Assembly: GCA_963847705.1 (NCBI GenBank) | Contig: CAWKBC010000017.1 | Coordinates: forward strand, 233,795 to 297,794 | Reading direction: 5' to 3' | Source: an uncultured Pseudomonadota bacterium | GTDB taxonomy: Bacteria > Myxococcota_A > Polyangia > Fen-1088 | Length of the DNA: 64,000 bases | Shown: positions 48,464-57,647 of the stretch, one piece after another | Numbering within the stretch: the stretch's first letter is position 1 | How the letters are laid out: each line of letters begins with the position of its first letter | Notes under the pieces: model-generated | What the model was told of the DNA's origin: nothing | What the model saw: only the letters and a program-made list of their open reading frames with translations | Databases searched by the model: none | Made by a program: the position numbers and the translations under genes

Positions 48464-50296
48464 ATGATCAAGCTGACGCTGACAGAGAAGAACGGTGAGC
48501 CCAGGCTCCTCACCTTCGACAAGGACGAGATCACGATCGGTCGCGTCTCCGGCAACGACATCGTGCTGGCCAAAGGGAACGTCTCGAAGAGACACTCGCG
48601 GTTCACGGTCAAGAGCCCTGGGCAGATCGAGGTGGCCGACCTCAAGAGCACCAACGGCACCTACGTCAACGGGCGCAAGATCGGCTCCCCGATGCTGCTG
48701 TCCGCCTCCGACCGCGTCTATGTGGGCGACTTCCTGATCAACATCGATCTCGGCGTCGGCGCCGCGCAGAGCGATTTTGCGGCGGACTTCCCCGGCGATT
48801 CTCCGGCGGCGGCCGGCGCGGGCAGCGCGGGGCATCGGCTGCCGATTCCCCCACCCCCTCCGCCGCCCCGGGGCCGGGTTGGATCGAGCGCCGCGCAGCT
48901 TCCGACCTACGACGACAGCGACGGCGAGGGGGACGCCGGCTTCGGCGGCGGCGACGACGACGAAGAGCTGGGGCTGGCGGCCCGCCCGCCCGGTTCGGGG
49001 CGGGTGCCCATTCCCCCTCCGCCGCCGCCGCGCCGTCCCCCGACGCCGCTGGCCAGTCGCGGTCTGGGGGAAAGCGACTTCGACGATGGGCTCGGTTCGG
49101 TGGCGCCCTCTGCCGCCGACGAGCCCGCTGACGACACCGGGAGCGTTGGCCTCTTCGCGCATTCGCGGAGCCCGGATGACGAGAGCAGCCGGCGCCCCGC
49201 CGCGCGACCAGGCGCCGCTGCGGTCCCCGCGGCTGCCCCGTCGTTTGGCTCGGCGAGCGTCGCGCCCCCGATGACGACCGACGTCGGCGGCAACGCCGCC
49301 GGGTTCGAGGCGCTGCTGGCCGATGCGGCCGTCACGCAGATCCTCATCACCGCGCCAGATGCGGCGCTGGTCGATCGGGGCTCGGGGCTCTCGCTCCACG
49401 ACGGCAGCCTCGGCGAGCCCAACGCCGTCGCCGATGCGCTCTGGCGGCTGGCCAACACGGCGTTTCCGCCCCCCGCGCCGGACAATCCGGTGGTCGACGT
49501 TCGGCTGGCCGACGGGACGCGCGTCTCGGCGGCGTTCCCCCCCGCCTCGCCGACCGGCGTGGTGGCGGCGATTCGCCGACCGGTCTTGCTCCCACGCACG
49601 CTCTCCGATCTGATCCCGGACGGAAGCAAGGACGCGCAGACGCTGCTGGAGAGCGCGATGTCGGCGCGGCGCAACCTGCTGCTCACCGGCGACGCGGCGG
49701 CGATGCCGCAGCTTCTGGGGGCGCTCGCCGCGGCGATCCCGGCCGACCGCCGGGTCGTGGCCATCGGCGCCGCGCAGCCGCAGGCGCGCGGTGGCTGGAC
49801 CGATCTCGCGCCCGCGGCCGACATGGCGGGCCTCTTGCGCGTGGCCTCGACTCTCCGCGCCGACCACCTGATGGTGGGCGAGGTGATGGGACCGGAGCTC
49901 GGCGAGCTGCTGCTGGTCGCCTCGCGCGGTCAAGAGGGGCTCGTCGCGGCGCTCCCCGGGCGTTCGACGATCGAGACGCTCGGGCGCCTGGTGGCGCTGG
50001 CGGCGGCGGGCCTCGGCGCGACGACCGCGGTCACGACCGCGCTCTGCGCCAGCGCCTTCGACCTGGTGCTGCATGTGGTGGCGGTGACCGACGGGACCGT
50101 TCGCATCGTCGAGGTGGCGGAGCCGCGGGTCGATGGAGCGGCGCTGGCCGCCGACCCGGTGCTGACCTTCTCCGGCGACGGCAACCGCCGCGAGCCGGGC
50201 GCGGGACGGCTGCAGGGGCGCGGCGTCTCGGCGCGCCTCAGCGCGGCGTTCACCGTCGCGGGGAGCCCCCTTCCGTCTTCGCTCGTCAACAAGTGA
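48464..50296 (+). CDS. FHA domain + degenerate TadA/CpaF-type ATPase
   Basis: FHA motifs IGR, VSKRH and STNGTYVNG. CpaF features LLADAAVTQILI, VDVRLADGTRV and LRADHLMVGEVMGPE. Walker A is eroded (NLLLTGDAAAM). Confidence 0.82.
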   Translation: MIKLTLTEKNGEPRLLTFDKDEITIGRVSGNDIVLAKGNVSKRHSRFTVKSPGQIEVADLKSTNGTYVNGRKIGSPMLLSASDRVYVGDFLINIDLGVGAAQSDFAADFPGDSPAAAGAGSAGHRLPIPPPPPPPRGRVGSSAAQLPTYDDSDGEGDAGFGGGDDDEELGLAARPPGSGRVPIPPPPPPRRPPTPLASRGLGESDFDDGLGSVAPSAADEPADDTGSVGLFAHSRSPDDESSRRPAARPGAAAVPAAAPSFGSASVAPPMTTDVGGNAAGFEALLADAAVTQILITAPDAALVDRGSGLSLHDGSLGEPNAVADALWRLANTAFPPPAPDNPVVDVRLADGTRVSAAFPPASPTGVVAAIRRPVLLPRTLSDLIPDGSKDAQTLLESAMSARRNLLLTGDAAAMPQLLGALAAAIPADRRVVAIGAAQPQARGGWTDLAPAADMAGLLRVASTLRADHLMVGEVMGPELGELLLVASRGQEGLVAALPGRSTIETLGRLVALAAAGLGATTAVTTALCASAFDLVLHVVAVTDGTVRIVEVAEPRVDGAALAADPVLTFSGDGNRREPGAGRLQGRGVSARLSAAFTVAGSPLPSSLVNK

Positions 50297-50303
50297 CCCG
50301 CAC

Positions 50304-51395
50304 GTGACTCGCCGCCGCGGGCGCGAACCGAGTCGTCCCGAGGTCTTCTTCGATCACTTTCGAGGGGCGCTGTCGCGCCTGCCGGCCGGCCTCATTCGGG
50401 TGATGCCTCCCGCTCCGGCCGGCGAGCTGGCCCGCGCCGTGGCGACGCTGGGGCGGGCGCTCCCCCAGGTGTACGGGGCATTTTTGCAGTCGTTCGACGG
50501 GGCGGATTTGTTTCACGAGACGGTGCTGATCGCCGGGGTCGGACCGGCGGCGGCGCTGCGGCTCGACGACCTGCCGCAAGATCGGGCAGGCGAGCTGGTG
50601 TTCGCCGTCGGGGCGGCGGGGGAGCGCTACCTCCTCGACGGTGAGGGCCGCGTCGTGCGCGCCGACCCCGGCGCGGACGAGCGCGCGCTGGCCGGCTCCA
50701 GCTTCGCCCGCTGGCTCGACGCAACCGTCGCGCGCGAGCAGGTGCTCTACGGCCCCGACGGAGAATATGCCCCCGACGTCTTCGACCCCTCGGGCGAGGA
50801 GGTGACCCCGCTGGTCGCGCTTCGGCAGGCCGAGCGGGCGCTCAAGCAGGATCCCGGTGCGGCGGGCGCGGCGCACGCGCGTGGCCTCGCGCTTCGGCGC
50901 CTCGGGCGCCTGGGGGCGGCGGTCGACGCCCTCGACGAGGCGACCGCGCTCGATCCGGAGAATCCCTGGCCCTGGTTCGATCTCGGGCGCACGGCGCTGG
51001 ACGACGGCCAGAACGCGCGCGCTGTGCAGGCGTTCTGCCGGGCGGCCCAGCTCGACAGGGGACCCGAGGGGGGACGCCTCCTGGCCTGGGCAGCGCGGGC
51101 CGCCGGACCGGGCGCCGAGGCGACCACGCTGCGGGCGGCCGCCCTCGGCCGCGACGGAGCGCTGGTGGAGTCCCTCCGTCGCGCCGTCGACGCGGCGGCG
51201 GCGGATCAGGATGCGGAGGCTGAAGCAGAGGCCGCGGCGCTGCTGGCGGCGATCGCGCCCGGCCAGTCGGTGGTCGCGCGGCGGCGACTCCCCATCGTCA
51301 CAGAACCGGCTGCTCCCCCACCGCCACCAGCTCCCCCGCGTCGTCCTCGCCCCGCAGCACCGCCGCGATCCGGCGGGTCCCGGCGGGGATCGTGA
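50304..51395 (+). CDS. SMI1/KNR4 (SUKH)-like domain + TPR protein
   Basis: LGRALPQVYGAFLQSFDG, SSFARWL, followed by TPRs (ALDPENPWPWFDLG). Confidence 0.7.
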   Translation: MTRRRGREPSRPEVFFDHFRGALSRLPAGLIRVMPPAPAGELARAVATLGRALPQVYGAFLQSFDGADLFHETVLIAGVGPAAALRLDDLPQDRAGELVFAVGAAGERYLLDGEGRVVRADPGADERALAGSSFARWLDATVAREQVLYGPDGEYAPDVFDPSGEEVTPLVALRQAERALKQDPGAAGAAHARGLALRRLGRLGAAVDALDEATALDPENPWPWFDLGRTALDDGQNARAVQAFCRAAQLDRGPEGGRLLAWAARAAGPGAEATTLRAAALGRDGALVESLRRAVDAAAADQDAEAEAEAAALLAAIAPGQSVVARRRLPIVTEPAAPPPPPAPPRRPRPAAPPRSGGSRRGS

Positions 51396-52800
51396 GCGTC
51401 GCCGGCGTGGTGGACGCCGCGACCGAGGAGAGCGCGCTCCGGCGCCCGGTGGCGTCTTCGGCGTAAACACGCACCTCACCCTTGTGAACTGATCCCCGCG
51501 CGCCGGTCACCGAGACGGCGACGCTGCCGTCCTTGATCTCGAGGTGGATGTCGGCGCGGAAAAGATGATCGACGAGGCCGCTTGCGTACGCGCCGATCTC
51601 CGGGAGCAGGGCCACCGCGCTGTCGCGATAGACGGCGCGGTCGAGGAAGAACTTCACGCGCCCCGGGACGCGCAGGTAGGCGAGCAATCGCCGCCTGTGC
51701 GCGGTGGGCGCGCCCTGCTCTGCCGTCGCATAGGCGTAGTGGATGTTGCCGAGACCCGCGAGATCCAGGTGCGGCACCGAGGGGAGCGCGTACGGCAGCG
51801 ACTCGCGCGCGTCACGCATCACCTCGGCGCCGGTGGTCAGGCGATCGACGACGACGGGCTCGGGCAGCGTCCCGTCCGAGAAGAACCGGCGCTGCGTGCG
51901 ATCCGCCAGCCCCTGCCGATCGGCGGCGGTGATGTACGCCATCACCGTCGGGCGGTTGACCGGCGTGGCCGCGGCGGGGACGCCGGCCTGGCCGAAGGTC
52001 TCGGCGACATAGCGTTCGAAAGCCGAGCCCCGATCGAAGAGGCTCGACCCGCCGTCGGCGAGGTAGGCGCCGCGGAAGTCGTTGCGGACGTGTGCGGGAT
52101 CGCCTGCGTCCTCGAGGACGGCCAGCGTTCCGCCCAGCGCCAGCAGCGCCCGCGCCAGCGCCGTCCCGCGCGGCCCCGGACGCTCGGCCGTGGTCGCCCG
52201 TTCGAGCTGGTCGTAGAAGGTCGGCAGGCCGACGTCGTTGTCGGGCGCCACCAGCCACTCGGGCGAGGGCCGTCCGGTCAGGTTGAAGGTCGTTCCGGTC
52301 GCCGCGCCGCGCAGGCCGCCCGCTTCGGCGAACAGCATCCGCAGATCGTGACCGATCTGGAAGGCGCCGCCGGCCTGGCTGAGGCCGCTGCCGTGCGAGG
52401 GATCGAAGAAGAGGTTCTGGGCGCGCTCGGCCGGCGTCTCGGCGATCACCGCCCCGGCCACCACCCAGGCCAGCGCCGGGGCTGCCCCGTCGGCGCCGGG
52501 CCGGTAGCCTCCCGCCGGATCGAGCGCGTCGAGCCGTCCGCCGATGAGGCGGGCCGCCGTGGGGTCGAGATCGGCACGGTTGAGCACGATCGGCTCGAAC
52601 AGCCCCAGCGGCCGCGACAGGCGGTGCGCCAGCACCCGGTGCAGCTCCGAGGCCAGCACCGCCTGCTCGGTGAGGCCAGCGTGCGTCGTGGCCGGATCGT
52701 ACGCCCGCGCCGGGCGGGCCGTCATCAGCAGGGCGATCCCGGCGACGGTCCAAATCATCATCCGAATCATCCCGGTCGCACGGAGGCGGGCGCGAATCAT
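51298..52800 (-). CDS. Secreted protein resembling a degenerate Zn-dependent phospholipase C/P1 nuclease fold
   Basis: Signal peptide ending ARA, mature N-terminus YDPATTH, LEDAGDPAHVRND motif. ATG overlaps the upstream TGA. Confidence 0.6.
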   Translation of the reverse strand: MIRARLRATGMIRMMIWTVAGIALLMTARPARAYDPATTHAGLTEQAVLASELHRVLAHRLSRPLGLFEPIVLNRADLDPTAARLIGGRLDALDPAGGYRPGADGAAPALAWVVAGAVIAETPAERAQNLFFDPSHGSGLSQAGGAFQIGHDLRMLFAEAGGLRGAATGTTFNLTGRPSPEWLVAPDNDVGLPTFYDQLERATTAERPGPRGTALARALLALGGTLAVLEDAGDPAHVRNDFRGAYLADGGSSLFDRGSAFERYVAETFGQAGVPAAATPVNRPTVMAYITAADRQGLADRTQRRFFSDGTLPEPVVVDRLTTGAEVMRDARESLPYALPSVPHLDLAGLGNIHYAYATAEQGAPTAHRRRLLAYLRVPGRVKFFLDRAVYRDSAVALLPEIGAYASGLVDHLFRADIHLEIKDGSVAVSVTGARGSVHKGEVRVYAEDATGRRSALSSVAASTTPATLTIPAGTRRIAAVLRGEDDAGELVAVGEQPVL

Positions 52801-53975
52801 GGGGAGACCTCGGGAGACGGCGTCGGCTTCACCGCCGGGTTGTCGATGTCGTTCGGCGGCCCGGCCTCGGGAGCTGGCGCGAGGCGCGGCTGCTCGGGCG
52901 GAAGCTCGGGGAGCCGCGACTCGACCAGCTTGGCCAGCTTGGCCAGCTGCGCCGGCTCGGTACACTGGCCGCTGCCGCAGGTCATCGACACCACCACGCC
53001 CCGCTCGCGAACGAGGAACACCAGCCCGCCGATCTCGCCCGACTGGGCGCGGAACGAGCCGTCGCCCACCTCGTCCGTGGCGTGCGCCCCGGGCAGCGTG
53101 GTCATCAGCTTGTTGTACTGAACCTCGGAGGCCGCCGGGCCGAGCCGCCAGACCCGCAGACCGACGTCGAAGCTCTCGGGCTTGCCGAGCGCCTTGAAGT
53201 GGCGGCTGTCGTAGAACTCGGTCGTGGGCAGGTCGGTCAGCTTGCCGTCCTCGAACTTGCCGACGTAGCCGGTGACGCCGCGAACCTCGTCGTCGCTGAG
53301 CAGCTTCGAAATGTCGAGGGGTATCAGCGGCCCCGCTTGCGCCGTCGCCTCGGCCTTCGTGCGGGCCGAGAGCGGCAGGTGCTCGCCGTCCAGCTCCAGC
53401 GCCGCCGCCTGCAGCTCCCAGGCGGCCGCCAGGCGCACCTTCGCGCCGCCGCCCAGGAAGACGAGGTGGGTGGCGTGGAGATAGGCCGGCTGCCAGCGGT
53501 CGAGGCGCACCCGATTGCCGCGCTGACTGAAGTCGCGCCGCGCGGTCTGGCCGGGGAACACCCGATCGCTCCGCCAGCCGACGTGCCCGCGGTGGTAGAC
53601 GACCAGGGTGAAGCGGCGGATGCGGGCCGACGCCCCCTCCGGCAGATCGTCGAGCCGGGGGATGGTGTAGCGCCCGTCGGCGCCGGTCTGCACCACCACC
53701 TCGCGGGATCCGGACGGCGCGTGAAAGCCGATGCCGTTCTCGAACGCCCAGGACGCCGCGACGGTGGCCCCGGAGACCGGACGATCCAGATCGGCGTCGA
53801 TGACGATGCCGTCGTACGGACCGAGCAGATCGGCCGGACGGATCGAATCGGGGCGGACGGCGAACGGCGCCCGCTCGATCAGCGGCCCGCAGGCCGCCGA
53901 GGCCAGGATCATCGCCAGGAGCAGCAGCTGCGGCGCTGCCGATCTCGCTGCCGATCTTGCCGCCGGTCTTGCCAT
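52797..53975 (-). CDS. Lipoprotein with carboxypeptidase-regulatory-like domain
   Basis: Lipobox SAAC, GIVIDADLDRPVSGATV, TGADGRYTIP. Confidence 0.75.
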   Translation of the reverse strand: MARPAARSAARSAAPQLLLLAMILASAACGPLIERAPFAVRPDSIRPADLLGPYDGIVIDADLDRPVSGATVAASWAFENGIGFHAPSGSREVVVQTGADGRYTIPRLDDLPEGASARIRRFTLVVYHRGHVGWRSDRVFPGQTARRDFSQRGNRVRLDRWQPAYLHATHLVFLGGGAKVRLAAAWELQAAALELDGEHLPLSARTKAEATAQAGPLIPLDISKLLSDDEVRGVTGYVGKFEDGKLTDLPTTEFYDSRHFKALGKPESFDVGLRVWRLGPAASEVQYNKLMTTLPGAHATDEVGDGSFRAQSGEIGGLVFLVRERGVVVSMTCGSGQCTEPAQLAKLAKLVESRLPELPPEQPRLAPAPEAGPPNDIDNPAVKPTPSPEVSP

Positions 53976-53988
53976 CGGTCTTGCTGCC
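53935..53988. repeat. Imperfect 12-bp tandem repeat (~4.5 copies)
   Basis: gctgccgatctc gctgccgatctt gccgccggtctt gccatcggtctt gctgcc. Encodes AARP/MARP/AARS units around the start of the lipoprotein signal peptide. Confidence 0.75.
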
Positions 53989-54173
53989 CTCGGTGCGCAC
54001 AAAGTCGTGCGGACCATCGCAGGGGTGCCCGTGGGGGTGCCCCTCGAATTGACCGATCCGGCGGAAGTTGTTATCTCTTGACGCACTTAGGAAATCGCGG
54101 GGCAGCGCCGGCGGGTGTGTTTGTCCGGGCCGCCTGTTACCAAAGGATTCGGCCCCTTGCAAACCCCATCGAC

Positions 54174-55070
54174 ATGATCAAGTGCGGTCGCTGCGGAAAC
54201 GCCAACGGGTCGGAGGTCGTTTATTGCCAGTTTTGTGGGACTCGGCTGACCGTCGAACCGTTGTCTGAGCTCCCCGTCGGACGTCCCGCGCCGCTGGCGC
54301 CTGCCGCTCCGGTCGCGCCCGCCGTGCCGGTGGCCTCCAACCGCTCGACCGATCGCATGGTCGACCCCGCGCCGGCCGGCAATCCGATCTCCCCCATGGC
54401 GGCGGCGATCCGGGTCGGGCAGCAGCAGGTCGGGTTTCGGCTGGTGGTCGTCCACCGCGACGGAACCGACGGGATCTCCTACAACCTGCTGGGCGATCAG
54501 ATCGACATCGGACGGACCGAGGGAGACCTCCTGTTCGAGGATCCCCACCTCGCCCCGCGCCACGCCCGCGTGGTGGCCAGCCTGACCGGCCGGGTGCTGA
54601 CGCCCCTCGAGAGCCGCAACGGGGTCTACGTCCGGCTCCGGGGCCCCATCGACCTGCAGGACGGCGACCACATCCTGGTCGGCAAGCAGGTGCTGCGGTT
54701 CGAGCTCCTCACCGACGCCGAGCGGAGCCTCCGCCCCGCGCTCGAGCATGGGGTGGTGGTGTTCGGGACGCCGGTCCGCCCCCCCTGGGCGCGGCTGCGC
54801 CAGGTCACCCCGGCGGCGGTCAGCCGGGACATCTTCCACCTGACCCGCCCCGATGTGGCCCTCGGGCGGGAGACGGCCGACCTGGTCTTTTCGGACGACG
54901 AGTTCATGTCCCGCCGGCATGCTCAAATTTCCTTTCGAAACGGCCGAGGACACCTGGAAGACCTGGGGAGCTCGAACGGCACCTTCTTGCGTCTCCGGGG
55001 GCCCCATGGGCTCAATTCCGGAGACCTCATTCGAATGGGAGACGAGCTACTCCGGTTCGAGATAGGATGA
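54174..55070 (+). CDS. Zinc ribbon + tandem FHA domain protein
   Basis: CGRC...CQFCG, FHA1 (IGR, APRH, SRNG), FHA2 (LGR, MSRRH, SSNGTF). Confidence 0.88.
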   Translation: MIKCGRCGNANGSEVVYCQFCGTRLTVEPLSELPVGRPAPLAPAAPVAPAVPVASNRSTDRMVDPAPAGNPISPMAAAIRVGQQQVGFRLVVVHRDGTDGISYNLLGDQIDIGRTEGDLLFEDPHLAPRHARVVASLTGRVLTPLESRNGVYVRLRGPIDLQDGDHILVGKQVLRFELLTDAERSLRPALEHGVVVFGTPVRPPWARLRQVTPAAVSRDIFHLTRPDVALGRETADLVFSDDEFMSRRHAQISFRNGRGHLEDLGSSNGTFLRLRGPHGLNSGDLIRMGDELLRFEIG

Positions 55071-55086
55071 GGCCTCAGCCGCCCCG

Positions 55087-56277
55087 ATGCCAACGCCCCC
55101 CGACATCGCGATCGAGGTCTTCGGTAAGACTGACGTAGGGCTAATTCGCGAGCACAACGAGGACAACTTCCTCGTTGCGGACGTGACCGCCCGAGTCCGC
55201 GCCTCCGATGGGCGGCCGCCGTTCACCTTCAAGCTGGGCCAAAAGGGGGCGCTCCTCCTGGTGTGCGACGGAATGGGCGGCGCCGCGGCGGGCGAGGTCG
55301 CGGCGCAGATGGCGGCCGACGCGATCTACGAGGCGCTCACCCACGCCGACGGACAGCCGCGCGACGGGTTCGCCCGGCTCCTGCGGCGCGCCGTCCAGCG
55401 CGCCAACGAACGGATCTTCATCCAGTCGCGCGACAACCAGAGCGAGCGCGGGATGGGGACCACCTGCACCGCGGCGGGCCTGGTCGACGACACGCTGGTG
55501 ATCGCCCAGATTGGCGACTCGCGCTGTTATGTCCTGCGCGACGGCAAGCTGGCGCAGGTGACCAAGGATCAGTCGCTGGCCTGGCAGCTCATCGAGGCCG
55601 GGGCGATGACCGCCGAGGAGGCCAAGGCCTTCGAGCACGCCAACATCATCCTGCAGGCGCTCGGCGTGCAGGAGCACGTCGAGGTGGTGCTGTCGCAGGT
55701 TCCGCTGCGCAAGGGCGACGTCGCCCTGCTCTGCTCCGATGGCCTGCACGGACCGGTCACCGACGAGGAGCTCCTGTCGGTGCTCGTCACCGAGCCGGAT
55801 CTCCAGAAGGCGGGCGAGGCGCTGATTCAAAAGGCGCTCGATCGCGACGGGCCTGACAACATCACGGTGGCGCTGGCCCGGTTCGACGGGGAGGCGCTGA
55901 TGCCGGCCGCCCCGGAAGACACCATCAGCTTCATCGGCTACGACCCCGGCAGCGATCCGGTTCCCGAGCCGATGGGGACCTTCGACGACTCCAGCGTGGG
56001 CCGCGAGACGGTCGAGGAGCGCCTTCCCGGCGGCCTGCTCGGCGCCGAGGACGAGGTCCCCACCAAGACCGACGCCGCCACCGACCCGGGTGTCCTGGGC
56101 GTGTCGGGCGGCCTGCGCGCACGGCGGGCAGGGACGCCGCCGGGCCCGCGCGGGGTCCCGTCGTTGTTGGCGCTGTTCTTGATCGGCCTGGTCGCGGCGG
56201 CGGCGGGCGGGATCTTCGTCATGAAGTGCGAGCGCGATCAGTCCACGCGCTCCGACGGACGGGTCACCCTCCCCTGA
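55087..56277 (+). CDS. PP2C-family Ser/Thr phosphatase (Stp1/PrpC-like) with C-terminal TM
   Basis: REHNED, CDGMGG, GTT, GDSR, CSDG, DNIT. Confidence 0.93.
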   Translation: MPTPPDIAIEVFGKTDVGLIREHNEDNFLVADVTARVRASDGRPPFTFKLGQKGALLLVCDGMGGAAAGEVAAQMAADAIYEALTHADGQPRDGFARLLRRAVQRANERIFIQSRDNQSERGMGTTCTAAGLVDDTLVIAQIGDSRCYVLRDGKLAQVTKDQSLAWQLIEAGAMTAEEAKAFEHANIILQALGVQEHVEVVLSQVPLRKGDVALLCSDGLHGPVTDEELLSVLVTEPDLQKAGEALIQKALDRDGPDNITVALARFDGEALMPAAPEDTISFIGYDPGSDPVPEPMGTFDDSSVGRETVEERLPGGLLGAEDEVPTKTDAATDPGVLGVSGGLRARRAGTPPGPRGVPSLLALFLIGLVAAAAGGIFVMKCERDQSTRSDGRVTLP

Positions 56278-56287
56278 GGGTCTGCGG

Positions 56288-57622
56288 ATGCCGTCGCGCT
56301 GTCCACATTGCGAGGTCGAGATCGAGGAGGGGGCTCGGTTCTGCGGCGCGTGCGGCCGCCCCATCACGGCGACCGCCATCAGCCAGCGGGCCGCGGCGGC
56401 GGGGTTGCCCAAGCACTCTCCAGCCGCCGCCACGATCAAGGTGTCACCGCAAGAGCCAGGCACGTCCGCAGCGGCGGTCTCCGGCGCCTCTCCCGCGCTG
56501 GGCATCCCGTTTCAAGCGCCTCCGGCAGCGGCGACCATCCTCTCCTCGACGCCCTCGATCGCCCCGGTGACCTCGGGGCCGGTGGCATCCGCGCCGGCCC
56601 CAGCTTCGCCGGCGCCCGCTCCCGTCCGCGCGGCTGTCGGCGTGCGGCCGGCGGCCCAGCCGCTGGAGAGTCTGATCGGCCGGACGCTCAACCATCGGTA
56701 CGTCGTGGGGGACAAGATCGGCGAAGGGGGGTTTGGCGCGGTCTTCCGGGGCAAGCAGATCGCCACCGGGCGCGAGGTGGCGCTCAAGATCCTGCATCCG
56801 CACAACGTCTCGGACGAGACGATCGTCGCCCGCTTCCGCCGCGAGGCCGAGGCCTGCTCGAAGCTGCGCGATCCGCACACCGTCACCACCTACGACTTCG
56901 ACGAGACCCCCGACGGGATCCTCTACCTGGCGATGGAGCTCCTGCGCGGGCAGAGCCTGCACCAGGTGCAAAAGGCCGACGGGCCGCTCGGCCACGAGCG
57001 CGTGCTGAAGATTCTGGACCAGGTCGCCGCTTCGCTGTCGGAGGCCCACCGGAACGGCATCGTCCACCGCGACATGAAGCCGGAGAACGTCTTCATCGAA
57101 ACGCGCGAAGGCGAGGACCACGTCAAGGTGCTGGACTTCGGGATCGCCAAGGTGGTCTCTGACGAACGACAGGTGCCGGCGCTGACGGCGGTCGGGCAGA
57201 CCTTGGGGACGCTGGAGTTCATGTCGCCGGAGCAGCTGCGCGGGCAGAAGCTCGACGGTCGGTCCGACCTCTACGCGCTCGGCATGATGTCGTACGAGAT
57301 GCTGACCGGCATCCTGCCCTTCGCAACGGCCAAGAGCCCGATCGACATCATCAACTTCCACATGCGGCACGAGCCGCCCGCGCCATCGAAGCTCTCCGAC
57401 AAGGTGACGATCCCCGCCCCGGTCGACGCGATCATTCTCAAGATGGTGGCCAAGGACAAGGACAAGCGGTTCGCCGACGCGAACGCTCTGCGCGAGGAGA
57501 TCGCCCGCACGCAGCGGTCACTCGACAGCAGTCCCGACCGCTTCGAAGCCTACCGGGTGGTGGCCGTCGTCGGCGCCACCATCGCCATCGTGGCGGCCCT
57601 CGTCTTTTTCCTCCACCGGTAG
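56288..57622 (+). CDS. Hanks-type Ser/Thr kinase with N-terminal zinc ribbon and C-terminal tail anchor
   Basis: CPHC...CGACG, GEGGFG, VALK, HRDMKPEN, DFG, MSPE. Final TM with no extracellular domain. Confidence 0.95.
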   Translation: MPSRCPHCEVEIEEGARFCGACGRPITATAISQRAAAAGLPKHSPAAATIKVSPQEPGTSAAAVSGASPALGIPFQAPPAAATILSSTPSIAPVTSGPVASAPAPASPAPAPVRAAVGVRPAAQPLESLIGRTLNHRYVVGDKIGEGGFGAVFRGKQIATGREVALKILHPHNVSDETIVARFRREAEACSKLRDPHTVTTYDFDETPDGILYLAMELLRGQSLHQVQKADGPLGHERVLKILDQVAASLSEAHRNGIVHRDMKPENVFIETREGEDHVKVLDFGIAKVVSDERQVPALTAVGQTLGTLEFMSPEQLRGQKLDGRSDLYALGMMSYEMLTGILPFATAKSPIDIINFHMRHEPPAPSKLSDKVTIPAPVDAIILKMVAKDKDKRFADANALREEIARTQRSLDSSPDRFEAYRVVAVVGATIAIVAALVFFLHR

Positions 57623-57647
57623 CCCCGGCGGGGCCCCTTGCGCGGGG

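Noticed and set aside
53935-53988. 12-bp repeat as a regulatory or phase-variable switch
   Set aside because: The unit is a multiple of three and degenerate, and only alters the signal-peptide n-region length.
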